A stretch of DNA of 64,000 nucleotides from the human T2T-CHM13v2.0 reference genome, Homo sapiens, in the NCBI RefSeq assembly GCF_009914755.1, contig NC_060931.1; one strand, written 5' to 3'. A program made the translations under genes and the position numbers. Shown here one piece after another: positions 38,789 to 51,870 of this stretch (positions within the stretch are counted from its first letter, which is position 1; each line of letters opens with the position of its first letter). Below the pieces are notes generated by a model that had not been told where the DNA came from, made no database searches, and saw nothing but the letters and a program-made list of their open reading frames with translations.

Positions 38789-39545
38789 TGTTATGATTTG
38801 AATTGTGTCCTCCTGAAAGAAGTTGAAGTACAAAGTCTTTACAAATGATCAATTTGAGATGAGGTCATTAGGGTTAATCCTAATGACACAGAGGCTGACA
38901 TGCACAGAAGGAAGACGAAGTGAAGACAGGGACAAGATGGCCATCTACAAGCCAAGCAAGGCCTATAACTACCAGACATTAGAAGAGAGGCATAGAAATA
39001 TTCTCCTTCACTGTAGTCAAAGGAACCAGCCTTGTTGACGCCTTAATTTTGCACTTCTAGCCTTTTGTATTTGTCCATTTTCACACTGCTGATAAAGTCA
39101 TACCTGAGATTGGGGTATGCCTTTATTTTTCTATAAAGAAAATGATTTTTTTATAAAGAAAAAGAGGTTCGGTGGACTCAGGGTTCCACATGGCTAGGAA
39201 GGCCTCACAATCATGGTAGAAGGTGAAAGTCACATCTTACATGCCAGCAAACAAGAGCTAATGAAAGCTAAACAAAAGGAGAAACCTCTTATAAATCCAT
39301 CAGATCTTCTAAGACTTATTAACTACCATGAGAACAGTATGGGGGAAACTGCCCTCATCATTCAATTATCTCCCACCAGGTCCCTCCCACAACACTTGGG
39401 AATTATGGGAGCTACAATTTCAAGATGAGATTTGGGTGGGGACACAGCCAAACCATATCACCTTTGGAATGTAGGACAATAAATTTTTCTTGTGTAAGCC
39501 ACCCAGTTTGTGGTACTTCTTTATGGAAGCCTGAGGGAACTAACA
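38789..39545 (+). mobile_element. MLT1B/C solo LTR interrupted by THE1B
   Basis: tgttatgatttgaattgtgtcc...gatgaggtcattaggg...aagccacccagtttgtggtactt...aactaaca. TSD aatat / aagat. Confidence 0.85.
39066..39460 (-). mobile_element. THE1B solo LTR nested in MLT1
   Basis: tgtatttgtccattttcacactgctgataaag...gacacagccaaaccatatca. Perfect 5-bp TSD ccttt (39061-39065 / 39461-39465). Confidence 0.9.
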
Positions 39546-39644
39546 AAGATTTCATACCTATGTGGATTGGCCATTTTAATTCCAATTATTATCAGAGAAC
39601 AATAAAAGTGACCAGAAATATCTTCTTTTTATATTCTTTAATTA

Positions 39645-39851
39645 AAAAAATTCAATAGTAAATGGGCAAGAGTTGAATAGACATTTTTCAAAAGAAGACC
39701 TACAAATGGCAAAGATATGAAAAGGTGCTTAACAACATTCTTCATCAGAAAAATGCAAATCAAAATTAAAAACAGGTATCATCTCACCCCTGTTAATACG
39801 GCTTCTATCCAAAAGACACAAATATTGCAGTGTTTACATTCCTGCCACCAG
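39645..39851 (+). mobile_element. L1M ORF2 C-terminal fragment
   Basis: aaatgggcaag..ttgaatagacatttttcaaaagaagac..caaatggc..atcagaaaaatgcaaatcaaaa..atctcacccctgtta. Confidence 0.75.
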
Positions 39852-42139
39852 GTTGCCCACAGTTATTTTGAACACTGAACTTCTTTGAAAGATGACTGAA
39901 GTCTACATATTTTATGCCCCTAACTACTATGGTATCTCTGGAAATCTGAATGTAAACATTGTCATGGTATTGTCAAAACATTAGATGGATTTAAGAAAAT
40001 AATATAGAGAACTTTTTATACCCTGTATACAGATAAGGCCTGCAAAAGTCTTTCCATATAAAAAAAGGAAATACTTTATTGACAGAACTGTTTTCCCTTT
40101 GGGCCACCCTCTAGGAAGAGAAGAAACGGAGCTCTGTTGAATAACTTTTTCAGAGATTCCTGTAGCCCAGAGGCATCTGAGAAATATTTGTAGACATGGA
40201 GAAAAGGAAAATGAAGCAGTTGTCAGTACTTTACTCCATGTGCTGATTTTAACTTACACAGGTAACTTTGAATTGGTTAAAAAACCCAGGCAATTTGACT
40301 AGAGCTCATCTATTGGAATCTCACCTTCAAGCTTGAGAGTCTTGAATAAACTTATTCTTTGACTTAAAATGACCTGATTTCTTTTTGCAAGGGTTTCTGT
40401 TAATGAACAAAGTCTCTGTCTCCCCCGTCACTGCCTGATCTAAAATATCTTATTCCTTGAGTCTTGCCCATATTTACCAGATCATTGGAGACAGGTGCAA
40501 TAGTGAATTCGCATTTTTAACATTTTTCAATCTAAGTTTTAAGATTCTATTATTGAGATGAAAATATTTCTAATAAGTTTTCTGGCAATATTAATGTGTG
40601 GGCAATAAACTAGGTATGGCAGTACACCTGCAAGAAGACAGTTAGATATGGTCTTTGTTGTCCACTGTCTCACCCCAAACTAAAGTCTTCTCTACAACAG
40701 TCCTTGTAGGTGGGTGTCTATTTTTCCATTAAATGTTTGTATTGATAGAGAGATGCTAAAGCTGTCTGATTCATTTTACTGAGGCTTGAAAAGTATGTAA
40801 TGTATTCATGATATTACAATAATTCCATTGAGTTATATAAGACACATCATTAATGTAGGAATTGTAACATTTTCATTGTTTCATTATTGATCAAGTGATG
40901 TTAGTAGCAATTTGTAGGCACTCAGATCTATCTTTGGGGATTAATGAATGAAGAAAGAAACAAAAGTTATGCAAGCTTTCACATTGGACTGTTCAGAATG
41001 CCCTGATAGTCACATTTTAGCTGTTTATGATAACATATCCACTTTACTATGCAAAGATTTTCGGCATTTATATGAGGGATTTATTAGGAAAAATGAACTT
41101 TGAAGTGAAAGGACAATCACAGGTATAGAGTGAAAAAAGGTATGATGTCAAGAAGAGTACAACTGAGCTAAAAATTTGTGAGTTTATAGAAATACTGTAA
41201 GATTTGTCATCTGTTACATCTCCTCTTAAAATGATGAAACCATATAATGGAATTTATTTTGAAATTGACCATATTTCTCTCTTAACAAGTATGTATACCA
41301 TGGTATTGACATAGAATTAGATTGAACTATTACTATAGCATCAAGTTGGCTATCAATTGTTTTATTTAAATGCATACAGAAATAATGAAGCATAATGCTA
41401 GTTGTGAAAAACATAAACAAATGTCCCTGGCTCTTGCTTAACTAACTTCTAATCTATTACTAGTTATAATGATTAGTTAGAATAATATTAATGTGTATAT
41501 ACACAGAAGGTTTTATGGAAAATGTGATTGATTTCAAATTAAAATTGAGTTTTACAACAGGTAGAAAATGCAGGTGCAAATGTAATTCAGAAAATAATCT
41601 TTTAAATGTTTAAATAGTCATTGAACTATTAGACATCTACATATTTTTTCATTTAAAGTTAATGATCTAAATATTTATAATTATCAATTAATAAGCAGTT
41701 TTCAGAATATTGCCAATATCTAGATGTATTAAAAGTCAAATCCACATTTATTACAATATAGATGAAAGTGAATATGCTAGAACCATAGAAGATATCATAG
41801 ACATATATAAGATAACATATACTGAGTCTTCTTTCTACTCCAGGGACTTAGGCTCTTTCACAGAAGTAACTAAATCATTAATTACCTTTGTATCTTACAA
41901 ATTTCCCAATTATATACTCATATACATGAATTTATATATAAACAAATATAGACAGATTTTTTTTACACATTGGACTTTTCTATATATTATAGATGCTTGT
42001 TTCACTGAAGAGTACAACTTTAAGATCTTTTTATATTAGCACACAGAAGTCTACTGCATTCTATTCAACAAAAGTGATACCAGTGCATCATTTCCATATG
42101 GGTAATTTTTTTTTAGTATTTTCACATCAACTGTATTAT

Positions 42140-42275
42140 TTATTATTTTTTAAAATTAATTCTTATCTCAATAGCTTTTGGGATACAAATGTTTTTTTTT
42201 ACATGCATGAATTATATGGTTGTGAATTCTGAGATTTTAGTGCACCTGTCACCTGAGTAGTGTACATTGTACCTA
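42140..42275 (-). mobile_element. L1PB 3' tip
   Basis: caatagcttttgggatacaa...gagattttagtgcacctgtcacctgagtagtgtacattgtacc. Confidence 0.75.
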
Positions 42276-42685
42276 TGGAGGTTACTTTATATGATGTTTA
42301 TTACAGAAAACATTGCAATAAATATTCTTATACATGTATCTTCTTATTCTTATGTAAGAATACATATATAAGAATATATACATAAGAATATATATACATA
42401 TATGTATGTGTATATATATGTATATATATATATGTTAGCCATTTAAGTCATAATTCTGTGTGTGGTCTTTATTTTCTACCTTCAAATAAGTTACTTATGC
42501 TATTTTGTCATTTCCATAGCTGAAAAAAATTCCATGTGTTATCTGGAAGACCACTTTTTTTTTCCCACTTGACATTTTTCATCTCTATTTGAAAAACTCT
42601 CTATCAAATGCTCAAAGCATGACAATTTGTAAGAGTAAATTGCCTTATAGCACACAACACAAAATATCCACTAATACCAATGCTG

Positions 42686-42846
42686 TTTTATTTTTATATT
42701 TTTAAATTAACTAATTTATTGATTTTGGTAGAGACAAGGTCTTTCTACATTGCCCAGGCTGGTTTTGAACTCCTGGGGCTCAAGCAATCTGCCTGCCTTG
42801 GAATCCTAAAGTGCTGGAATTGCTGACCTGAACCATCACAAGGCTC
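42686..42846 (-). mobile_element. FLAM / free left Alu monomer
   Basis: gtagagacaaggtc...tgcccaggctggttttgaactcctggggctcaagcaatc, with no right arm. Confidence 0.8.
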
Positions 42847-44274
42847 ACAAATGCTTAATTTTTAAAGTAGTGATAGTCTGCCCATTCAAAAGAGAAGCTA
42901 GTTTACTTATACTTTAGCAAAAAATTAATTAAAATATGCCTTATTGGAGATATATGTAGTGCATCATAAGATAAAAGGGATGAAATATAAATCAAAGTCA
43001 AGATTAAGACATTTTCTGTCTTCAGCTCTCTGTATTTTCTGTGAAGAAAATACTGTTACAGCACTACTAAAATTATTTTCTGGCCTCTTGCAAAATGTAC
43101 CTAATGCTAGTTATTTAATTATTGTAGTTAGCCACCTTTTCATATGGATTCTCTATTCTCATTTTATTTTACATTCCTTTCTTTCCAGTCTTTTTACCTC
43201 TTGTGCAACTTTTCTTATTATGGTTCCAATTTTCATTTCTTTATTTGTTCTCTCTTGGGAAGGAAGAATAGTCATATGTAAAATAACATATTGAACTTTC
43301 TGTCTTTTAAGTATTTAGTGTGTATTATAATTACAGTAGCGATCAATTCTATGAGTAGATTTTTTTGTTTCCTTAGCTGTTTTGTTCATATTTATTTTTC
43401 TGAAAATGAATATTACAGTTCTTCCCCTCAAGAATTTTATGATTGATGGATATAACATTATCATTAATTGGAGAAAAAAGTGCAGATAAAAGCCATGGAA
43501 GAAAATGTCAGAAGTTTTAGAAGTGTGTATGCAAGGAAAAAAGGGTTAGAGAGATGAATGATTGATTCCTACTCTTCCATCTTGAGTACCTCATGGATAA
43601 AGACAGGATATTTGTGCTCCAATTTTTAGCAGCCACCTGCTTTTCTGCTCCCCAAAGGGGAAAACTAGTGACAGTAACATATGAGAGGAATGTCCAGAAG
43701 CCTTGTCCAAATGCTCTGCGTCATGCAGATTGGCCTCTTTGTGTCTCCAAGTGAGTCTTCTAGGCATGGTATTCCTTTACACTTAGCATTTATTTTGCTC
43801 AGCAGCACTTAAATTCATAAAAACAGTTATAGCAAACATTTCTAGAATATATCAGAAGGTAGATCTTTTCTTTTTTAATTTTCAGGAAAAATTATACAAT
43901 ATAAGAAGATAGGCTTTAGTCAGATAAATCTTAAATTCAGATAATAAGGCTATGAAATGTATCACGTTACTCAATTTCTGTGATGTCTCTGAGCTTTTTG
44001 TCATAGGCGTGCTGGAGAGATGAAGTGACCCTCCTCAGTTAATTCTTTTGAGTATTAAATGAGATAATATGTCTGAATCACTCAAAATATTTAGTAACTG
44101 TTAGTTTTTTTCATAATATCCTCAAGGAGAACTTGGGGGAAATTTCATAATGCTCCCAATTTATGGTGGTAAAATGAAGACATTCAATGTGAAAATTAAT
44201 CTAAAATGATGGAACAGCTGTACTCAGTGGGATTCATCTGCCTCGAATTCTCAATAAAGTTGAATTGAACTATG

Positions 44275-44830
44275 CTTTTGAGATCTTCAAACTCCCCCTG
44301 GCCCATTTTCTGTAATTCACTAAAACTCACAGGATTCGGCACATAGCCAAACTAACGGCTATGATTGATTACAGCAAAAGGATACAAAGCAAGATCAGCA
44401 AAGGGAAAAGCCACATCCAGAGAAAACTCAGTGCAACCTTCCAAGAAGCTTCTTCTACTGGAGTCAGACGGGACACACTTAATTCCTCCAGCAATGAGTT
44501 GTGACAACGTGTACGAAATGTCTACTAGGAAATCTTGCCCAAGATTAGAAGTTTAGGATTTTTATCATGGTTCAGCAAACGCCTTCTGTCAAATATATGC
44601 CACATTTCTAGTCTTTCAGTAGGAAAGCCAGGTATTCAGTATAAATTATTTAGTTTTTACAAACAGTTTAAGCACAATGGACTCCTATTATCATTTAGAG
44701 AAAGTTTTATATCCGTGTAGGGAACTATTTACCCTTCAAGTTACTGAATGCCAGTCAAGCGCTAACTTTGCAAGCCGTCCATTCTAAGAATAACAGTCTC
44801 AAGCTTACTATGTTAATTTGTTTTTGCATA
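44275..44830 (-). mobile_element. MER77/MER21-group ERVL LTR
   Basis: gatacaaagcaagatcagcaaagggaaaag...cttaattcctccagcaatgagttgtgacaac...ctaagaataacagtctcaagcttactatgttaa. Confidence 0.7.
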
Positions 44831-45759
44831 GATTTCATCTAAAAACAGCAGAAAAGAGATTAAGGGAAGGGCTCAGAGAGAGTAGAGCCAACATGAACAG
44901 CAAATCTGTTATTTAAGTACTAGTTCTACCCTATGTAGTCATTAAAACACTGTCAATAAACAAGTGTTGCAAACCTCTCTGACATATTGAAAAAAAAATT
45001 TACAAATGAAGCCTTATAATTATCAGTGGTCCACAATCTAATACGTTTTCAATTTACTTACATTTTATTATTAATCACTAGGTATAAAAACAAATCCAGC
45101 AGGGGAAATGTGATAGATCCACCATGACATCCGTAAACACAACACTAGATTTAAAAACAAACTAACAAACAAGAAACAGAACAAATAATAATTAAAAAGC
45201 TCTTTTCTCCAAAATGATGTTTTTAATTTACCTTTGTATTCATTTGGGTTTTGATTATTAGAATATCCTCACCCTTTTCTAACCCTTTCCTGATACTTGA
45301 TTTTTTGGATAGTTTACTATTATGTCATTTGTGTTTTTTGATGAGTATAAAACCCATTTTGTTAGGAGAAGAAAAGTCCCCATTACCTGAACTGTTGCCA
45401 TAAAGCTCCTAGGAAAGTAGAAAATGCCCAAAGTTATTTTCCTTTTTCTTCTCTTAAAAACCCCTTTCCAATAAAAACAAAGAATTGGCAAGCAGCCATT
45501 TTGAGAGCAATCAGTATTGGTAAAGCTGATAAAAAGAGAAACATCTTTGAGGCTGTGGTCCCTTCTCTACCATCCATGTATTTTAGTACATCAATAATTA
45601 TTTTTTGCAGAGTGAGAAATTCAGGAAACTGGGCACTTTGCTTTCCTAAGCTAAGGAGATAGGGCGCAGAATGTATTTTCTTATATCTGAAGACCCTTGT
45701 GGATGATGAAGGAATTGAAATGCCACAGTAACAAAAACTACAAGTATAATTATTGACTA

Positions 45760-46360
<601 letters not shown>

Positions 46361-46446
46361 CCAGAGCTCATGTGTTGCTGTTTTAGGCTCACGTTTGCCT
46401 CAGTGTCTTTCTGGGGTGTTTCTGTGTGCACGTATGAAAACAAAAT

Positions 46447-46447
46447 G

Positions 46448-46483
<36 letters not shown>

Positions 46484-46590
46484 TATACACACACATTTAT
46501 ACACACATATACATAAATGTGTGTGTATATATATAAACACACACACATATACACATATATATCTACTTGTACACGTGTGTATATTATAAA
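46447..46590. repeat. Compound (TA)n/(CA)n/(TG)n microsatellite
   Basis: Direct read. Confidence 0.9.
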
Positions 46591-46704
46591 ACATTTTAAA
46601 AAATTTAAAAATATTTAAGAGCATTAATCAGTTAAATCAGTTTTAAGCCAAAAGTATTACAGTGACTCATTTCAATAACACCTTTAAAAAAAAAAAAAAA
46701 GCAA

Positions 46705-47068
46705 AACACAGTGAAACTTACAAAAAGAAAGAGTAAAATGCTAGTTGCCAGAGGCTGGGGAGGTGGAGATATTGGAGACGTGTTGTTCAAACGACACAAA
46801 ATATCAGTTAGACAAGAGGAATAAGTTCAAGAGATCTTTTATACATCACGGGGACTACAGTTAATATATTGTGTACTTGAAAATTGATAAAAGAGTAGAT
46901 TGTAAGTGTTCTTACTGCACACACACACACAAAACAAACAATAATAAGTATGTGAGGTACTATATATGTTAAAAAGTTTGAGTTAGCCGTTCCACAATGT
47001 ATACAAATATCAAAACGTCATGCTGTACACCATAAATATATACAATTTTACTTGTCAATGAAAAAAAC
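46705..47068 (+). mobile_element. L1MA (MA7/8-like) 3' end
   Basis: gttgccagaggctgggg...cagttagacaagaggaataagttcaagagatc...ccataaatatatacaattttacttgtcaat. Confidence 0.85.
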
Positions 47069-47336
47069 TGCTTATTTTCCACTATTCATCTAAAGTAAAA
47101 AGAAAACAAAAACTATTATAGTTAAGTGCTTCCACATATTAAATATCTGAAAAGATAACGTTATTTTTCAGAAAAAAAGCAAACCTCCCCTCCGTGATCA
47201 TTAAAAAGATTATTTATATATGCATCTTTAAATAGATCGCTTTTAAGTTTCACCTCCAAGGTCATATTTACTTAATGACTTGGAAATAAGTGATAAGATA
47301 GTCTTTACTGGAAATGATTTAATTCTCTGCCATCTA

Positions 47337-47656
47337 GCTAAGGGACAAATATTTTTGGGAAAGAGCCAGATAGCAGATATTTTAAGTTTCAGGGGTCAAT
47401 CTCTGTCGCAACTCAATACCGCCATTGTAGACATACATAATATGTAAATGAATAACTGTGGCTGTGTTTCAATAAAGCTTTATTATGAATGCTAAAATTT
47501 GAATTTCACTTAATTCTTTCATGTGACAAAACTTTATTCTTCTTTTGATTTTTCTTTTTACCATTAAGAAACATAAAAAGCATTCTGAGCTTAAGGACAC
47601 TAGAAATCTAGCCATTGAACAGGATTTTGCCCAAGAGCCATACTGTGTTGATCCTG
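47337..47656. mobile_element. MER58B (hAT-Charlie)
   Basis: gccagatagcagatattttaag...ggctgtgtttcaataaagctttatt...aatttgaatttca...ttattcttcttttgattttt...cattctgagct. Confidence 0.75.
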
Positions 47657-47799
47657 GATCTGGATAACAAGAAACTGCTAGGATTATCTGTGATTGCTTT
47701 GCCTTGCTAAAGTCTTTCTTTTGCCTATAGTTACATACGTTATTTTGTCTATAGCTATATATGCTCATTATTTTATCATCTAATGTATCTTTTTTAAAA

Positions 47800-50276
47800 A
47801 ACTGTTTTCAACTTTTAAGTTCAGGGGGACATGTACAGGTTATTCAGTTTTGTTACATAGGTAAACATATGCTATGGTGGTTTCCTGCACAGATCATTCC
47901 ATCACCAAGTATTAAGCCCAGCATCCATCAGCTATTCTTCCTGATGCTCTCCATCCCCCTGTACCTCCAACAGGCACTAGTGTGTGTTGTTCCCTGCCAT
48001 GTGTCCATATGTTGTCATCATTCAGCTCCCACGTATGCGTGAGAACATGTGGTATTTGGTTTTCTGTTGCTGCATGAGTTTGCTAAGGATAATGGCCCCC
48101 AGCTCCATCCGTGTCCCTGCAAAGGACATAGTCTCGTTCCTTGTTATAACTTTATAGTATTCCATGGCATATATACACCACATTTTCTTTATCTATTCTA
48201 TCTTTGATGGGCATTTAGGTTGATTTCATGTCTTTGTTACTATTGTGAATAGTGCTGCAATGAACATACACATGTATGTGTCTTTATAATAGAATGATTT
48301 ATATTCCTTTGCATATATACCCCATATTGGGACTGCTGGGTCAAATGGTATTTCTGCCTCTAGGTATTTGAAGAAACACCACGTTGTCTTCCACAACGGT
48401 TGAACTAATTTACATTCCCATCAACAGTGTAAAAGCATTCCTTTTTTTATCCAAAACCTTGCCAGAATCTGTTGTTTTTTGACTTTTTAATAGTAACCAT
48501 TCTGACTGCTGTGAGATGGTGTCTCATTGTGGTTTTGATTTACGTTTTTTTAATGATCAGTGATGCTAAGCTTTTTTTCATATGTTTGTTGGCATATGTA
48601 TGTCTTCTCTGGAGAAGTATCTGTTTATGTTCATTGCCCACTTTTTAATGGGGTTGTTTGTTTTTTTTTCTTTTAATTTTTTTTAAGTTCCTTGTAGCCT
48701 CTGTATATTAGACCTTTGTCAGATGGATAGATTGCAAAAATCTTCTCCCATTTTGTAGTTTGTCTGTTCACTCTGATGATAGTTTCTTTTGCTGTGCAGA
48801 AGCTCTTTAGCTTAATTAGATTCCACTTGTCAATTTTTGCTTTCATTGCAATTGTTTTTGGCGTTTTCATCATGAAATCCTTGCCTGTTGACTATGTCCT
48901 GAATGGTATTGCCTAGATTTTCTTCTATGACTGTTATAGTTTGGGGTCTTATATTTTAGTATTTAATCTCTCTTGGGTTAATTTTTCTATCTGGTATAAG
49001 GAAGGGGTCAATTTTCAATTTTCTGCATATGGCTAGCAGGGAATCTTTCCTCCATTGCTTGTTTTTGTCAGGTTTGTTGAATATCAGATGGTTGTAGGTG
49101 TGCAGTCACATTTCTGAGTTCTCTATTATGTTCCATTGGTCTATGTGTCTGTGTCTGTTCTCATACCAGTACCATGCTGTTTTGGTTATGGTAGCCTTGT
49201 AGTATAGTTTGAAGCCAGGTATTGTGATGCCTCCATCATTGTTCTTTTTGCTTGTGATTGTCTTGGCTATTTGGGCTCTTTCTTGGCACCATATGAATTT
49301 TAAAATATTTTTTTTTCTAATTCTGTGAAGAATTTCCAATGGTAGTTTAATGGGAATAGCATTGAATCTATAAATTACTTTGGGCAGTATGGACATTTTC
49401 ATATTGATTCTTCCTATTCATGAGCATGAAGTGTTTTTCCACTTGTTTGTGTTCTAATTTTTTTGAGCAGTGGTTTATAGTTCTCCTTGAAGAGGTCCTT
49501 TACTTCCCTTGTTAGTTGTATTCCTAGGTATTTTACTATTTTTGTGGCAGTTGTGAACGGGAGTTCATTCATAATTCTGCTCTCTAGTTTCCTGTTGTTG
49601 GTGCATAGCAATGCTAGAAACGTTTTCACATTGATTTTGTATCCTGAGACTTTGCTGAAGTTGTTTATCAGCTTATGGAGCTTTTGGGCTGAGATGATGG
49701 GGTTTTCTAGATACAGTGTCATGTCATCTGCAAACAAAAATAATTTGATTTCTTCTCTTCCTATGTGAATATGCTTTATTTCTTTACCTTGCCTGACTGT
49801 TCTGGACAGAACTTCCAATGCTATGTTGAATAGGAGTGGTGAGAGAGGGCATCCTTGTTCTGGCTTACAAGGGAAATGCTTCCAGCTTTTGCCCATTCTA
49901 TATGATATAGGATGTGGGTTTGTTATAGATGGCTCTTATTATTGTGAAGTATGTTCCTTCAACATCTAGTTTATTGAGAGTTTTTAACATGAATGAAGAT
50001 TGAATTTTATCAAAGGCCTTTTGTGCATCTATTGAGATAATCACATAGTTTTTATATTTAGTTATGTTTATGTGATGAATGACATTTATTAATTGCATAT
50101 ATTGAACCAACCTTGCATCCTAGGGATGAAGCCAACTTGATTGTGTTGGATAAGATTTGATGTGCTGCTAGATTCAGTTTGCCAGTATTTTATTGAGAAT
50201 ATTCGCATCGATGTTCATCAAGGATATTTGCCTGAAGTTTTTTTTTTTTTGTTTTATTTTTTTAATCTCTGCCAGG
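47800..50276 (-). mobile_element. About 2.5-kb 5'-truncated L1PA (PA11-13-like)
   Basis: Continuous antisense L1 from the 3' UTR (ttcagggggacatgtacagg...cacagatcattccatcacc) into ORF2. Confidence 0.93.
48673..50110 (-). pseudogene. Disrupted L1 ORF2p remnant (RT core and C-terminal region)
   Basis: ORF fragments [49 protein letters not shown] and [18 protein letters not shown], broken by frameshifts and stops. Confidence 0.92.
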
Positions 50277-51574
50277 ATGTAACCCATGTCTTAGTGCATT
50301 AAGAAACACCAGTGCATGGAGGAAGTCTACTAATAATGCACATGTCCAAATAATCACAGAAAGTATATCTATTTATTTATTTAAAAATCTGTAACTTTGT
50401 TCAAAATATTTTTCTGGAACTGGAGTATCTTACAGCAGTAAAAATATTTCCTAAGGTAAAACCAATTTTAGAGTATATACCACTTGTAATATAATCTACC
50501 TTTCACTTGATAGTCTTTATCGAATCTTTCACAGAAGTAGACAGGATATGAATGAATGAATAGATAAGCAAATGCAGACATTCTCTTCATTTTATGGAGG
50601 CAGTAACTGCTATTAAGTGGTGTTATATAATGTACTCAGGATCTCAGAACAATTAATCAGCATGGCCTGGCTGCACCTCAATTCTTCTAACTACAAGATA
50701 CTTTTACACCTAAAGCAGCTAGCATTTAATTGACTGTTTTAATAGAAATACAGGGTGATTACCAATCTACTTGATCCTTTTTCAATTCTAATTATTTTTC
50801 TACCAAATAATTGCACGTTTTGAGAGTTTCTAAATACTCAACTGTGTGTATAAATCAATGATTAATTTTTCCTTGATTTTAATAATGAAAATAGAGCTTC
50901 ATATGATCAAGAACCTGAAATAATACAGTTCAATTAACATAATTCCATTAAAAACAAAGGAATGGAACAGTTAATCTATTCGTCGTCACTGTGAGACATA
51001 GCAGATGTTCTGTTAGGCTGTTTGAAATATTAGAAGTATTTCATAAGGCTCCTATATCTGTTTTTCTAGACTACATATTGAGAACTGCTGTAATTACAGT
51101 ATCATCCTCAGTGTTAGATGTAAAATGTTAAGAAAAATCTGTCCATCTGGCAAGAGGAGGTAAAAGTTTGTTAGAGTGGGCAGAAGTTAGGTCTGATAGC
51201 ACCTAGGTCTAGAGAAACACAAACTCCAGGTAATACATATATTCTAGTAAGGTTTGCTCCATTTAAAAAATACAAACTTATAGAAACAGAAAGGCATTTA
51301 TTATGCTCATTTAGTAGCAATAAATGCCTTCTAATATCTTTGAAAATTTATCATGCATTCTCTTCTTAAATGTCTTCAATGTGTACAGAGCCCATAGTTA
51401 ATAACAATTCTAATTATTAAAGAATATTTCCATTGATTTCATTTAAGTCTCTGGTCCTGCAACCTCCATTTGTTGATTTTTGGCTTGGCCCTTTGGAATA
51501 ACTGCTCAGAACAATCTTATCTTGTACATAAAATTGCTTTAGTTATTCTTCATAAGATATGATTTCTATGTTTA

Positions 51575-51870
51575 TGACTGCAATATTTATAGCCAACCTG
51601 TGAAGAGCGTACTATTTGCCAGGCATATTTCTATATGCTTTATGTGAATCAATAATTTAATTTTTATAATAGATCAATGAGTTAAGTTGTATTACCATTT
51701 CCATTTTCATAATGAGAAGACTGCGTTATCATAAGGATCAATAGACAAAAGTCACACCAAAGTCACACAGCTGGTTAGTAAGTAAGAAAAAGTTTTGATG
51801 GTTGGAACAAAGTCTCACAGCTAGTTAAACAGGGAGCCAGAATTCAAACTCAGACAGCCTGGCTCTAGAC
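51575..51870 (-). mobile_element. MIR with an internal duplication
   Basis: tactatttgccaggca...ccattttcataatgagaagactg...aaagtcacacagct...gagccagaattcaaactcagacagcctggctctaga. Confidence 0.65.

Noticed and set aside
49414-49896. 160-aa reverse-transcriptase ORF
   Set aside because: A fragment of a truncated, frameshifted L1 ORF2, not an intact or novel RT system.
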